DNA of 64,000 nt from Octopus sinensis (GCF_006345805.1 NC_043007.1:7440001-7504000); one strand, 5' to 3'; shown: positions 25,589 through 39,959, counted from the first letter of the stretch. Notes: a model not told the origin generated them from the letters alone. Program-made: numbers and translations.

Positions 25589-27009
25589 GTTCTCTTTGCC
25601 AAATTTAGAATTCTTAATGTCATTGTTATGGAGAAAGTAGAAACAGGGGCCGTGTTACTTACTCTCTATTCACTGCTGAAATCGAATTTTGTGTCAAACA
25701 AGATTTTATATCCTCTTCTACAATTTATGTTGAAATTTTCGTTTACTTCTGAGATTTTCCTCTGCAATTTTAGGATCCAATAAGTTCGTGCCTAGTCTTA
25801 TAGTAAAGAGAAATTGTCCGCAATCGTGTGGGTTTCGGTTTTAAGTTCGTTCGTGTTTCGCAGTCATTTGATCACGTATCTTCTACTACCACTACGAGTC
25901 GATCCAAGCCTTGTGGGAAAAATTAGATGACTGGAAACTGTAAGGAAGCTGCTTTCAGCTATAACAGTTCTTGAATAATAAAATTGAAATTACTCGTTTT
26001 AGAGTTACCTGGTTATTGGGTGCCGTCCGTTGGTCTCACCCTATTCCAAGCATTGAAACCAAGTACTCCTGTTTGGATATAAATTGATATTTTCGTGCAC
26101 AACATGCGACTGCTACAGGAACCCACCTGGTGTGTAATTTTGGGCTCCCCAACTCCTTATCGCACAATATTCTATAATATTGTTATCATTTCGAAGGAAC
26201 AGTTGTTTTTTATTTTGTTTTTTTCGTATTAACAATGTCTATCAATGTTTAGAAAACAGATGTATTCTATTCAATTGAACGAAAAACTTGCTGAAAATAT
26301 CTATTTATCGTAATCTGTATTGATCCAACTCTGATATCACATTGTAATATCTTTAAATCAAAATGATATATTTTATAATCTGTATAGACCGTCCCTTATC
26401 GTCATCCCAATATTATATATATACGATTTGCAATGATCTCTCCCTCTGTTTTGTTTCCAAGATTATATATTAATATCCTATGTATTGGTTACTCCCATGT
26501 CACTCTTATATCTTATAATTTTTTATTGATCTCTTTCTAATAGCTGCGTAGCAAGATTCTATATTCTTTTCTAAGGCACAAGGCCCGAAAGCCAAGTTGT
26601 ATATCATATGCCCTGCATCGATCACTCTCCGAAATCTTCATAATGAGGACATTGATTATTTTAATTTTATAATTATGTGTATAAGGTTTCTGAAAGGATT
26701 TGAAGAGGGAAGAAACAAAAGGGATTGCTATTTTTTTTTCTTGAATATTAGATCTCAACAGACGAGAATGCTTAAGACGTGTTTGTTTCTTTATTTATTT
26801 ACTAGGTCGAGGAAAACCTCCGTGCACTGCATTAAAATAAGGAACTGAATGAACGCACACACCACAAAAATATATAAAAAGGCATTAATTTAACACGGTA
26901 CACGAACTTTTTCCTCAGCTTAATATGTATTTATCTCTTTGGAGATTAAGCGGTCAAGATTTAAGAAAGCGGCGAAATTGACGCAGACAGTTATCCATAA
27001 GAACGAAGT

Positions 27010-27960
27010 ATTTAGTTTCTATAGCAGCACTTTCAGCGAGAGAAACGAGAGGGATTGGATGCGCTGAATACGTAGACTGATGTCAAAGAGAAGTGAATTG
27101 CGATATTGACCCTTAGCGGGTTGCTGGAAAAGTTTTGAGAGTTTGGGAGAATAACAGAGGAAGTTTGAATAATAACCTCGGGAGACTTTAACTAAGAGCA
27201 AACGAAAGCTTTTCGTTGTTAATATTGAAATGGGAGAGTCAAGTAGTAGGGAAAAATCAATTATATGTACCATTGCAAACCATTGAGAGGAAGTTGAAAC
27301 AGAGTGAGTAGCCTTTACAGCAAAATCGAGTCAAGATATAGCTTAGACATAGAGTGTATCCTGTACACTGGAGTCAAGTTGGGACATAGTGAGTACCTTG
27401 TACAAGGTAAAAGCACGAAGAACAAGAAATTGATATCAGAATAGGTCAGGAATTCGGTTCAACCCTAACGAATATATATTCCACTTGTTTCTATTCCTTG
27501 TAGAAGATAAAAGGGTCACATTTAAGGCAAATTGGTTGCTATTTCTCGTACGAGGTAGCTAATACGATGAATTAGTCGAAGTCAACAGATATTGGTGTAG
27601 AATTGCCCAACCGATTGATGACTGGTCTGCCTTTCAATGAGATTTTCCGTGGCTTTTAAGAAATAGGAAAAGCAAAGAATGACTCTTGAGTTGTTGTTGG
27701 TCATTATATTGAAATCTATGAGAAAGATGGCCGGAAGTTAGCTGCCTCAGGTTCCGCTCTCAAAATATGGTCAGCAACCGAAGACAACTCAAGTGACCGG
27801 TCTTTTACTACAACGTCGATCTCTGATACTATCTTCATTCACAGATTTCTTTCCGCCTTCTATGACACTATGACACTACTCAAAGGGATGCAGGTTTATC
27901 AATACGAATTTTTAGGGAAAGGACAGCCATCTGGTAAACCTGTCGGCAGGTCGGACGAAA
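27010..27960 (-). mobile_element. Highly decayed CR1/L2/Jockey-group LINE RT region
   Basis: Remnants resembling VVVDG and GVPQGS..P..FLI.IND near 27700-27800, and an LYK...SQLD region near 27380; many stops. Confidence 0.45.
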
Positions 27961-28529
27961 CATGGAGTGGTTTCTCTTCTGACTATTTACGTTCTAAGTT
28001 TAAATTCTGCTGAATGTGGCTTTCACTTTCATTCCTTTCGGGATCGACAAAATAGGTGCCATCTGAGCACTGGAGGGGGGGGGGCTAATTAACTGATTCC
28101 CCCCCCCCCCCATCCCGTGAAATTGCTGGTTTTGTGTCAAAATTTGAAACAATTATTTAGATGGGTTGGGGAGGAACTCTGGAAACAAAAACTATAAATA
28201 TTAATATTGTCTTTTTAATTAGCATTGGCCATTCTATATTATTGTCTTCAAAAGTACTCGAAACTGCAAAAATTCTTAGAAACAACCATAACGAAATAAA
28301 TCATGTCAATTTATAATTTCTTGTCGGAAAATATGACAAAAACGGTGATTTTTCTCTTCCTTGTTTTGTTTTATTTTCTTTGGTGTTTACATTATTTTTT
28401 TCATTGAAAACTATCTTCGTGTTGGAATCTTTCCAAAAGATGTTATCCCAGTTTTAACAATGAAATATAACAAATTCATTTTGGCATCACTCTGCAAATA
28501 TCTCTGGCGTGTGCCAAATTTTAACCGAT

Positions 28530-28566
28530 ATGTGTGTGTGTGTTGTGTGTGTGTGTGTGTGTGTGG

Positions 28567-28640
<74 letters not shown>
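28530..28640. repeat. (TG)n microsatellite
   Basis: Direct reading. Confidence 0.95.
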
Positions 28641-28642
<2 letters not shown>

Positions 28643-29169
28643 CTACGTTTGTATGTATGGATGGATGGATGTAGTTTTTCCAAGAAGTTTCATTTAAAAT
28701 TTCAAAATTTAAAATGAACAGAAAGTCATCATGTAACCTATATTGGTACTGCTCATCTTGCGGTTGTTGCTGTTATTGTTGTTGTTGTTGCTGTTGTTGT
28801 TACTACTGGTGGTGATGTTGATGGTGGTGGTGGTGGTGGTGGTGGTGGTGTGGTGGTGGTGGTGGTGGTGGTTTGTTGTGTACGTTTCGTATTCTTAAAG
28901 CTATCGAGTACAAGATTAAGAAAATATATTTTTCTGCTCTATAGATACTTTCAAATTTTCGTTTCGGGCAGAATGGCTTTTATAGATGATAGGAAGTTAA
29001 ATTCTAGAATGTTCGAGAAACCGTTCCACACTATCACTTCATGCTGATTGGTTGGGTAATACCGACCACGTGATACTATGGTGATTTGATTGTGATATCA
29101 AGGGATTCGGTTTCGAATCCCAGAGCCCAATAATTACAGGTATAAAAGTCCAAATTTAGCTTAGACTAT

Positions 29170-29690
29170 CAGAATGATATCACAATTCTGAAGTAACTTC
29201 TCTTTGGCCAATTCCCAGAAGGAAGGTCAGCTGGAAGGCCACTCCTGCGCTTCAAAGACAAACTAAAAGACAGTCTGAAGTGATGCAACATACTCATCTC
29301 TTCCTGAGAAAACAAAGCATCAGAACGCAGGAGCTGGGACCAGTCCTGCTTCTCGGTTCAAAGATTTGTGTAAAGTCGACTCCGGCATCGAGACCAGCTT
29401 CGTGCAAACATGAAGGCACACTAGCAAAACGCCGCTCCCCTACATGAAAGCCTCACCTGTCATTGTGCTTTGTGACCCGGCGCAAAGCAGGCTTTACCAC
29501 CCACTTATCAAAACACTTAGTAAATGACCGACGACTGCTCGAGCAAATTGAGTCCTGACCTTGTTGCATTTGGCAAAAGGCTTGCAAAGCACCGGAAGGC
29601 CTCAAGAAACACATCAGTGCCCATAGAACATAATTACCGTTTTCTTTTACTGGACCCTCATTTGTCATTCCCGATTATAGGATTCACTAT
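29170..29690 (+). mobile_element. RTE-clade LINE 3' fragment, decayed
   Basis: LLFGQFPEGRSAGRPLLRFKDKLKDSLK followed by finger remnant CCIWQKACKAPEGLKKHISAHRT; abuts a (TG)/(GA)n tract. Confidence 0.8.
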
Positions 29691-29700
29691 GTGTGTGTGT

Positions 29701-29771
<71 letters not shown>

Positions 29772-30209
29772 CAAGGATGTATGCATACATTCATACATAC
29801 ATACATAGTCTTACTTGGAACAAAATCCAGGTTAAGGACGTGCAATATATTTCAATGCATGTGCACGTACATATATATATATATAGATAGATACACACAC
29901 ATATATATATCCACATCTATATATACATATGTGTTTGTGTATGTATGTAGGTATGTATGTATATATGTACGCGTGTGCATCAGCCAGTCACTGCCGTGTA
30001 AATTCTCGCTAAAATGCAATGACAGACATACGGCCGTTCACAAGTAACAATCACTTGAAGTTATGACAAAATTTGTTGATGTCGCTAACTTCGTTCGATG
30101 AATCATTCACTGAATCATACATGAAAGAAAAAAGAAAGACAAGCAATGAAAAATATGAAAAATTCCACATCAAAATAAATTTGTGTACATCCAAATGTTC
30201 CATCAATCA

Positions 30210-30340
<131 letters not shown>

Positions 30341-30546
30341 GATAGACAGACTGACGGACAGATATACAGACAGGCAGACAGACAGCCAGACATCCGTTTA
30401 TTTGGTGGTGATTTTTCGTCTCTTTTCTAATATAATTGGGAATACTCGTGAGTTCACTGCAGGCAATCTATTAATTTGAGTAGCATTACTTTGTTTACAT
30501 TTTTCCATGTGTGAATTGATTTGTTAACGATATACATACATACATA

Positions 30547-30603
<57 letters not shown>

Positions 30604-30865
30604 ATATATACATATACATATATATGCATGTGTGTATGTGTATGTGTGCGTGTGTGAGTTTGTGTAAGCATGTATACATTTATATATCTAAATGTATCTA
30701 TCTATCTATATATATATATATATATATATGTATGCATATAAGTTGTGTCATTCCATAAATGATGCGGGGTTTGTTTGTTTTTTTCAGTTGCATGAACTAA
30801 CAATTGCATGAACAAGAGGGATGCGGAATAAACTACCTGCATCAACTTGCTATAAAAGCAGGTAG

Positions 30866-31047
30866 TACATTATTTACATTATTTACATTATTTACATGTG
30901 ACGGATATTTGCCCTCATCTTATCAGCCGAAACGTTGTTAACGTTTCGGCTGATATACCCTCCAACCGAAACGTTCTGTTAACAACAAATTAGAAGAGGA
31001 CAAATATCCGTCAAATGTAAATAATATAAATAATGTAAATATTGTAC
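30866..31047. repeat. Foldback of a Penelope-like terminus with an inner perfect 16-bp palindrome
   Basis: Outer arms tatttacatt...gacggatatttgccctcatct / agaagaggacaaatatccgtcaaatgtaaata...; inner tatcagccgaaacgtt / aacgtttcggctgata. Family of 880-1110. Confidence 0.9.
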
Positions 31048-31099
31048 ATAATTCATCTCTTAAATATAGACCTGAAGCAGATAGGAATTATATATATAT

Positions 31100-31800
31100 A
31101 ATTCCCCATTTTTTTAGGAGTAGATAGCTCCTTTTTCTAGGAATGGATAGCCAGAAGACACACATCAGGCATTCCATTCATTTCCCAGCAGAAAGAGGTG
31201 AGCCCCGTTTTATGCTAGGGTTAAGGCATAGAACGCGGCCCCTAATATCAGCCGCAGAGCCCGAGAGCATATGCCGGTTTACCCCCACCGCATCATGCTG
31301 GTTCCCTACTCCTTTGAGCAACATCAGAATTCACTCATCCGTCCACAAACACTCTCCAAGCTTTCCTCTCATTTATAAACTCTCTTGCCTCTCTCTCACA
31401 CCAGCACCACTAACCACCAAAGGTTTCCTCCCTCCATCCATCCACACAAACCGAGGTCTGCCTCTGGTTCTACTGCCTACCACCCTCCTTACCATCCGCT
31501 CCTCATCCATCTACCCCATGTGGCCAAACCACCGCAACATTCGTCTGTCCAATTTGTTTGTTAGTTTTTCTTTCATTCCTGCTCGTCTTCGCACTTCCTC
31601 ATTCCTCATCCTGTCCGCCCGTGTCACACCAACCATACCGCTCAGACATCTCATCTCAAACACATCTATTCGCTTCTTTTCCGCCTCTCTCAGCCCCAAC
31701 GTCTCTGCACCATATAACATAGTCGGCACAATCATGCCTTCATCCACACCGCTTTTCGCTTTCATACTCAACATTTTACCTCTCCGCATATTTTTCGCAA
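31100..31800 (-). mobile_element. RTE-clade LINE 3' fragment (different family)
   Basis: PTMLYGAETLGLREAEKKRIDVFEMRCL...RMRNEEVRRRAG...MLRWFGHM, then a frameshift and an RGRPR motif, followed by a 3' UTR. Confidence 0.9.
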
Positions 31801-32094
31801 TTCCAAGTCCTGGATATGACTATAAACTATATACGGTAGGGGACACTGGAGCCCTGGTTTCAGGGTTTCAGGAATGTGGAATCACCTCTCAGCTACTATT
31901 GTTCCCAGATTTACTCTGGCCCGGAGTAGTAGCACCTGTAAGGGTCCCTGCTATGGGTTAACTAGCAAACTCCCCTGCGGCTGAGTGGGGGGGGGTCGGT
32001 AAAATGCAGTCGACGTATTCCCTTACTGGCGTAAGAGTCAACTAAAACGGACAGGAGCGAGGGGACTGGAAATCCGCTCTTTGACGGCAAGAAA

Positions 32095-32431
32095 AGTCAT
32101 TTTACCTTGTCCTTATTCTTAGTGCAAGTTTTGAAGAGTGCAGTTCGATTTCAACAGTTATTTTTTTCAAAGTTATAATGGAAGTGACAAAGGAGCAGAT
32201 TCGGCATATTTTGCTTTATGAGTTCAATAAAGGCAACAACGCAACGGAAAGTGCGAGGAATATTAATGCAGTATATGGGGATCGGACAGTAAACGTGTCA
32301 ACGGTGGTTTCGGAAATTCCGAACCGGGAGATGAGTCTCGTCCTGGAATATCTGCAGAGCTCGACGAGGACGTCCTGCAAACCCTGGTAGAACAAAATCC
32401 CATCGTAACTGCTGAGGAACTAGCGGAGAAG
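32095..32431 (+). mobile_element. Mariner transposase N-terminal (HTH) fragment
   Basis: MEVTKEQIRHILLYEFNKGNNATESARNINAVYGD...ELDEDVLQTLVEQNPIVTAEELAEK resembles the mariner/SETMAR HTH region; internal deletion and frameshift. Confidence 0.88.
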
Positions 32432-32439
32432 ATTATAAA

Positions 32440-32640
32440 AGAATCGCTAACACACTAGATGAAATGCTGAGCGGTATTTCGCCCGTCGTTACTGTCTAAG
32501 TTCAAATTCCGCCGTGGTCGACTTTGCTTTCATCCTTTCGGGATCGATAAATTAAGTACTAGTTGAATACGGGGGTCGATGTAATCGACTCGTCCCTCAC
32601 CCCAAAAATTTCAGGCCTTGTGCCTTGAGTAGAAAGGATT
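32440..32640 (+). mobile_element. SINE family A (tail type 2)
   Basis: gcggtatttcgcccgtcgttactgtctaagttcaaattccgccgtggtcgactttgc. Confidence 0.85.
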
Positions 32641-33520
32641 ATTGACTAGCTCTCGCGCCGATCTATGATATGGTTTTGTACTTCTTTTACAATTTACGGG
32701 GCCTCCGAAACCAACAGAAACTGTGGCTTCCGCTAAAGACACCCAAGGAACCAAGTAGTGGTGCTAAAACGGACAGCAGGTGATGTCTACCACACAAATA
32801 AACCAAAGTGGAATTTGAACTCAGAATGCAAAAAGCTGGAATAAAAACCGCAAAACTTCCAGTCCGACTTTAGTATTGTTCCTTACTTCTTTTATCGACC
32901 CCGAAAAGCAAATTTGAATTCGATAAGATTGGGTATCTGAACTGAAGGGATTGGAACAAATATCTTAAGGCATCCGGTTCTTTGTTCTCACACTTCTGCC
33001 ATTTCATTTGCCAGGATTGGTATATTTTGTTAAGAACACATTTAATATGGGCGGGATTTGAAGTCACACCCGTACAAATAATGAGAGGTATTTTGTCCGA
33101 CGCTCTAACAACTCAGCCAGTTCGCCACCTCGACATGATGAAAAGGAAATAAGAAGGAATCGAAACTAGATTGAAGATTTGACTTGCCTTAAGCTGCGCA
33201 CTCAATCCCCGGTGCTTCCCATTCGAAATTTGAGAAGAGTGAATTGGATACAAGAAACGAAAGTGGGTCATCTCAGGTATTTAACTCACTTCGGATAATC
33301 AAACTAAAAATATCGATCAGTTATTTTTTTCTTCAGTACAAAATTAGAAGAGTTTAAGGAAGAAAATATTTTGCAATATTCACATTTTCTAGGTCATAGG
33401 TGATTGATTAGCTTCGACCTGTGATAAAAACCGTTGTTTGTATGTCAAGTCCCCACTTCAAAGTATTTGTTAACGACTATAGGATTACTAAAAGCGTATC
33501 AAGGCTCCTTAGAATAGAGA

Positions 33521-33603
<83 letters not shown>

Positions 33604-33761
33604 ATATTAGGCTTAAGTTAGAGTATTTTGGCCTATTTTATCTGTTGTAATATGAGCCATGTCAAAGCGAACATTGCTTTTTTTTCCAACTTAAACGGGA
33701 GCGGGAACGATAAATTTTCAGGTATTTATTGTGCAGATAATTAAATTGATTAGATAGGTAC

Positions 33762-33863
33762 CTGCCCTGCAAATATTGTAACACTGAAGCAGAAAATGTT
33801 GGCATCGGCAGGAAGTGTTGTATTTCGAACGAGAGAAAAGGTGAGGTGTGGAGCATGATTTTC
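33762..33863 (-). CDS. Weak candidate Cys-rich phase-1/phase-1 exon (KSCSTPHLFSRSKYNTSCRCQHFLLQCYNICRA)
   Basis: AG/GT boundaries and a 102-nt open frame, but poor polypyrimidine tract. Confidence 0.18.
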
Positions 33864-35223
33864 CTGTTATTATAGTAACAGCACTAATGAAGTTAAATTG
33901 AATTCAAGAAGAAATTGAAACTGTGAGGAAATATTAATAAAGTTGATTTATTACTTGTAACGCGGTAAAAGTTCTACAGCAGCCATTGCAGTAAATATTT
34001 TACACTAATTTAATTTTCTCTTTTCGCTTTCTAATTTCATTTCCGTTTGTATCGTCTTTGCAGTTCACACTTGTCGTAAAAATTATATTTTATAAAGTAA
34101 CAAGGATCGTTAATGTGTAATATTTCTTCATTATTATTTTAAAACGCTTTTTCTAAAGAAATCCTCAAATCTCTCAACAGATCTGCGGGGGGTAGGATTG
34201 CAAGTGCGTTGACCTTCGACTAAAGGGTAGATGATTGATATTCTATTACCAGCCATGTGGTGCGTGATGGCATTACTGCTTTTAATTCGGGGATCAATCA
34301 TGGGATCGGATAGAAAGATTTTAATGAGTCGAAAAATACCAATCAAGAGCGATGGTTAAGTGGATTTCTTCAACCTGGTATCTCCTGTCGCACCTGTTCG
34401 TGCTCTAACCGTTCCGATGCCAATGTGAGATTCAGCCACTGTACCAAAACTATTCAAATAATGTTAAGTCAAATTGATCGGAGGAAATAATTTGAAAGCC
34501 CGTAATGCATCTATATATATTACACACGCACACACACAAACACACACACACATACATGCACATACATACATAGATAAATACAAACATACATATATATATA
34601 TATATATATACATGTATATATATAATAAACACAATATATGTTTTTATATGATGCTATTAGTTTCATGTGATGAAAGCATGCCAGACAGTATTTTCTAATA
34701 CGTCTGGTGTCTCTGTGCAATCTTCAGGCAATTTAGTATAACAAACTAAAAATAGGATAATATGAGAGAAAAGCGAGAAAGAAGTAGATATAAAAATTGG
34801 AAGAAGGAAAACGAAAAAGGAGCAAAAGCGGGGAAACAACTCTAAATTCCCTTTTGCATCGTTCTGATTCCTTTTTCGTTCTCTAATGACTGAGACAAAC
34901 AAAAGGGAGAATGAAATAACAGCAGCGTACGTAATTTCAGAAAACAAAAACACGCTATAAATATATCGCACTGTACTATACACAACTGCTCTACACATAG
35001 TATTATATAGTATTATACAGACTCACTATGTCGACAGTCCTCTATAGAGCCAGTCGTCACTCGCGAACGAATGTGGTTTATTACCGTGTTGCTTCTTTTA
35101 CTGATTGTTTTAGGCGCTCATGTAGTCGTGAGCAGAAATACACATCCTCTTGACTTTTCTACCCTTTGATCCAGGGGTACATCGGGGACATGGCAGGAGG
35201 TGGGGTGCCTGTGTGTGTCTGAG

Positions 35224-35256
<33 letters not shown>

Positions 35257-35294
35257 AATAAGAGGGTTGCACCAACTTTCAGATGGTAGTCATT

Positions 35295-35514
35295 AAGGCG
35301 GCGAGCTGGCAGAAACGTTAGCACGCCGGACGAAACGCGGTATCTCGTCTGCCGTTACGTTCTGAGTTCAAATTCCGCCGAGGTCGACTTTGCCTTTCAT
35401 CCCTTAAATAAGTACCAGTTACGCACTGGGGTTAATCTAATCGACTTAATCCGTTTGTCTGTCCTTGTTTGTCCCCTCTGTGTTTAGCCCCTTGTGGGTA
35501 GTAAGGAAATAGGT
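35295..35514 (+). mobile_element. SINE family A monomer (tail type 1)
   Basis: aaggcggcgagctggcagaaacgttagcacg head through ccccttgtgggtagtaaggaaatagg; small internal deletion. Confidence 0.9.
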
Positions 35515-36016
35515 AGTCATTTTCACTTAATTAGACTGAAGTTATGTGAAATGAAGGGACTTTCTTAAAGACACAATGCACCGTCCTCGACGAGACGAGC
35601 GATCCAAACCACTAAGTCGCTCGCCTTCACTGAAGCCAGTTTGGTTTAAGTGAAACTGATTCAGTCGCAATACATTCCTGAGCATCTGACATATTTAAAT
35701 CAAGCATCCTAATCCCAACCACCAGGTCACGTGCATTCTCTCGCACTAAACCACTTCATATTTCTAACAATTACCACTTGTCACTTCTACCATAGACACA
35801 ACCGAGTCCCACCACCACCACCACCTTCAATATCATTTCCTTCAATTTATATTTCGAATTTTAATGCATTCTATCTTGAATTCAATTACGTTTATATACA
35901 CCCTGGTTTGCATTTATATTTTCTTTCCTTCTTTACTTTCTTTAGCTTAACTTTTTGCAATTTTTTTCTTTCTTCTTCTTGCTTTCAGAATGTGCATTTG
36001 TATTGCTTATTAAATA

Positions 36017-36200
36017 GGCGCAGGAGCGGCTGTGTGGTAAGAAGCTTGCTTCCCAAACCACATGGTTCTGGGTTCAGTCACACTGCGCAGCACCTTGGGC
36101 AAGTGTCTTCTACTATAGCCTCGGGCTAACCAAAATCTTGTGAGTGAATTTGGCAGACGGAAACTGAAAGAAGCCCGTTGTATATATATATATATGTCGT
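36017..36200 (+). mobile_element. SINE family B 5' half
   Basis: ggcgcaggagcggctgtgtggtaag...gggttcagtc...caccttgggcaagtgtcttctactatagcctcggg (CORE-like). Confidence 0.88.
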
Positions 36201-36565
36201 GACACTCCGTCGATAACCACGACGAGGGTTCCAGTTGATCCGATCGTGAAATTAACGTGCAAGTGGTTGAGCACTCCACTGACACGTGTACCCTTAACGT
36301 AGTTCTCGAGGAGATTCAGTGTGATACAGAGTGTGACAAGGCTGGCCCCTTTGAAATACAGGTACGACAGAAACTGGAAGAAGGAGTGAGAGAAAACTGT
36401 GGTGAAAGAGCACAGCAGAGTTCACCACCACCCGCTGCTGGAGCCTCGAGGAGCTTTAGGTGTTTTTGGTCAATAAACATTCTCAACGCCCGGTCTAGGA
36501 ATCGATTCCGCGATCCCACGGACGCAAGTCCGCTGCCCTAACCACTGGGCCATTACACCACCACA
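36200..36565 (-). mobile_element. Family C SINE 3' part plus another tRNA-derived SINE head, minus strand
   Basis: Reverse complement of the 3750-3930 sequence; head tggcccagtggttagg...ggaatcgattcc at 36490-36560. Confidence 0.7.
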
Positions 36566-39139
36566 TATATGTGTGTGTGTGTGTGTGTGTATGTAAGTAT
36601 GTATGTATGTATTGTGTGTTTGTGTTTGTTCCCACCATCACTTGACAACCGATGTTGGTGTGTTTGCCTCCCCGTAACTTAATGGTTCGGCAAAAGAGAT
36701 TCGGTAGAATAATTACAAGGATTACAAAGAATAAGTCCTGGAGTCGATTTGTTCGACGAAAGGCGGTGATCCAGCATGGCCGCACTCATATGACTGAAAC
36801 AAGTAAAAGAAAGAAAGAATAAACGAAAAGAATAACGTAGAGTAGGAGCAGAGTTTAGCCGAACTGGTAGGAAGTTTGCTTCGCCTCCACACAGTTCTGT
36901 GTTCGATCCTACTGAATGGTACCTCGGGTAAATATCCCTGTTGTGTTGCCAAATATACTGTGAATCAAGCTGTATATGCTCTGAAACTGGATAGAAGCTG
37001 TCGGGTAGCGTGTACGAGCAATTCAAAGCCACCCGTAATTCTCACCCTGCGTCACCCTGATTCTAACTGAGGGGCCTGTGTCTGAACCTTTAGTCCCTTA
37101 CTTGTTAAATCAGAATCAGGAATTCAGTTGATCAAACAACTGAATCCTCTTCGTCCAACGACGGAGATCCACTCCTACCATTTTACCCGAGTTTTATCAG
37201 TTGTATATTCAGTTACTGCAGCTTAAGCTTTCGGAATCGATTAATCCCTTCACTTAAACATTCTTGACTTTGTTTCTAAAACTAGAAATAATTATCGTTG
37301 CTTGTACTGTTAAAGTGGCGGGGTGGTAGAATCGGTGAAGCATCGATAAAATTTCCTGGTGTTAGTTCTAGCGGTTCTTCATCACCTGAGTTCAAATCCC
37401 ACCGACGATAAGTTTTCTTTTTTCGTCCTTTCGTGGTTGGGGATCAATAAAGTGTCAGGGAAGCACTGAGACCAACGAAATCCACTAATCCACCAACACC
37501 ACCACTACCCCTTCGAAATTGTTAGTTTTGTGTCTAAATTAGGAATAATTAATATTGTTCTACTAGAATGGGCGGTAGATTGACAGAATCGTTGGAGTGC
37601 CGGACGAAACGCCTTGAGGTAATTGTTCCGGCTCTTTACGCTCTCTATTTTAAAACCCGCAGTGGTCAACATTACTTTTCTACCTTCTGAAATTAATCGA
37701 ATTAGATACCAGTCATATAGTAAGGTCGATTGAAATGGCTAAAGTACCCCTTCCCTCAAAATCTGAGATGCGTACCCACCGATTCCCTTATCGTCGACCC
37801 CTGTTAGCGGAATTCCTAGTTAATAGAGTTCAGTGGTTGCTGGTTTCCATAAATAATCTTCTAAAAGCCGATTTTATCCTCTGCATCAGTGCATCAAGCA
37901 ATGGAAATTAATCATTGCTTTTCTTCTTTTATTAGGGGTCCTTCTCTGGGACCACTACTAAAACTCTAGGAATGAAGGTCCAAATCAAAGTTTCTCAACC
38001 CATTTTGGCCAAAAGCTTCCTTTTGACCCTTGGAGTCACAAATGCCCCCACCTCCTAGAATATAGTTTATTTTTCAATATACTTCTTATTTTGATATCAG
38101 CAGATAATGATTAAAAACTAAAGGACCTCGTTTTACAAGCTGTACGCAGTTGGGAGTACAGATACACAAATTGAAATGCAAAAAAAAAAAAAAAGAAACG
38201 AAATAATGAATTGAAAGTTTGGTAATTGCGTTTATTTCCATCATGCGACACTTATGAGATCAATCTATTGAAAGAGTGCTCTTTAGTACAGGAGAGCTCC
38301 TTTGCTCCAAAACGCAACCCTCGAGCACCAAATGGCCCCCCGTTGAGAACCTTTGGTCTCAATCAATACTTTTATTCTAGGTACCTCAACAATAGACCGA
38401 ATGACAGAGATCGAGACTAGTCTAATGTCATCTAATATATTAATTTTACCATTTAAAGTCTCTTGGATGGGAGTGGGGCTCAAGGCAAATATCCCTGTTA
38501 CTAGGCTCTCATTTTTGGTTGAAGCATACATTTTAAGCTGTTGACTTAAGAAATGCACATTCTAGAATTAAATCTAAGAAATCTCTCTGGTTGTCTTTCA
38601 TTATTAAGGATGGGCAGAACCATTAAGCTACTCCTCAAAGCTATTGTTACTTTTCAATTTTTGATTTGGAATTTATCCGCGACAACATCTGTTCCAGCTT
38701 CCTCAAACATATTCCAGAACAAAGAGTGTGATGCCTGTTGCATATCAAACCGATCGATATATATATATATGTATTGTAGACATTGATTTTGTCCATATAG
38801 ACTCTGAATTTGAGGTTAGTAGACTGGAAAATGATATTCTTAATTATGCCTTCACTCCATTACCAATCTCAGTTTCACAAGACATAGATTTACTACTGTT
38901 GTTGAATTAGTTGTCGCGGTTGTGGGTGATCTTTCGTTTGTGTGTGCGTGTGTGTGTTTTCATACATACATACATACATACAACACAGAACTACACTCAC
39001 CACACGTACACAGGCACGCAGACGTACATTTACACACACACACATACATATATATATATAAATATAGATATATATAGATAGACATACATGCATACACACA
39101 CACAAATGTGTGTGAATTCATACATACATGCATACATAC

Positions 39140-39319
39140 ATACTCTTTCATCTGTTTCAGTCATTTCACTATGGCCATGCTGGAGCACCACCATTAGTCG
39201 AATAATTCGACCCCAGGAGTTATTCTTGTAGGCCTAGTATTTATTCTATCGGTCACTTTTTACCGAACTGCGATGGTGCACGGGAAAACACAGACAGAAA
39301 CACAAGCATACATATATAT

Positions 39320-39402
<83 letters not shown>

Positions 39403-39550
39403 CGACAGGCTTCTTTCAGTCTCTGTCTATCAAATCCACTCACAAGGCTTTAGTCGGCTCGAGAGTACAGTAGAAGATACTTGCCCAAGGTGCCACAGTG
39501 GAACTGAACCCGGAACCATGTGGTTGGAAAGCAAGCTTCTTATCACACAG
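39140..39550 (-). mobile_element. SINE family B
   Basis: ttcagtcatttcactatggccatgctggagcacc ... gtggaactgaacccggaaccatgtgg. Confidence 0.88.
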
Positions 39551-39642
39551 AACTACATTCAACACACGTAGACACGTACACAAGCAAGCACACATACATT
39601 TACACACACACACGCGCGCGCACACATATACATATCAATATA

Positions 39643-39875
39643 TATTTCTTTACTACCCACAAGGGGCTAAACACAGAGGGGACAAACAAGGACAGACAAA
39701 GGGATTAAGTCAATTACATCGACCCCAGTGTGTAACTGGTACTTAATTTATCGACCCCGAAAGGATGAAAGGCAAAGTCGACCTCGGCGGAATTTGAACT
39801 CAGAACGTAACGGTAGACGAAATACCGATAAGCATTTCGCCCGGCGCGCTAACGTTTCTGCCAGCTCGCCGCCTT
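39643..39875 (-). mobile_element. Full-length family A (tail 1) SINE with 17-bp TSD
   Basis: TSD atatacatatcaatata at 39626-39642 and 39876-39892; duplicate copy at ~40730-40958. Confidence 0.92.
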
Positions 39876-39959
39876 ATATACATATCAATATAGATATACA
39901 TACATGCTTACACACACACGCACACAAATGTGTGCGTGTAGATGGATCTGTAGGTTGAT

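Noticed and set aside
28073-28112. G-run/C-run hairpin or G-quadruplex
   Set aside because: Homopolymer expansion within the ordinary internal palindrome of a family A SINE.
31143-31961. 272-aa plus-strand ORF
   Set aside because: Antisense shadow of the minus-strand RTE fragment.
38230-38900. Possible retroelement ORF1/gag remnant on the minus strand
   Set aside because: Only vague similarity; no convincing zinc knuckle or other motif.
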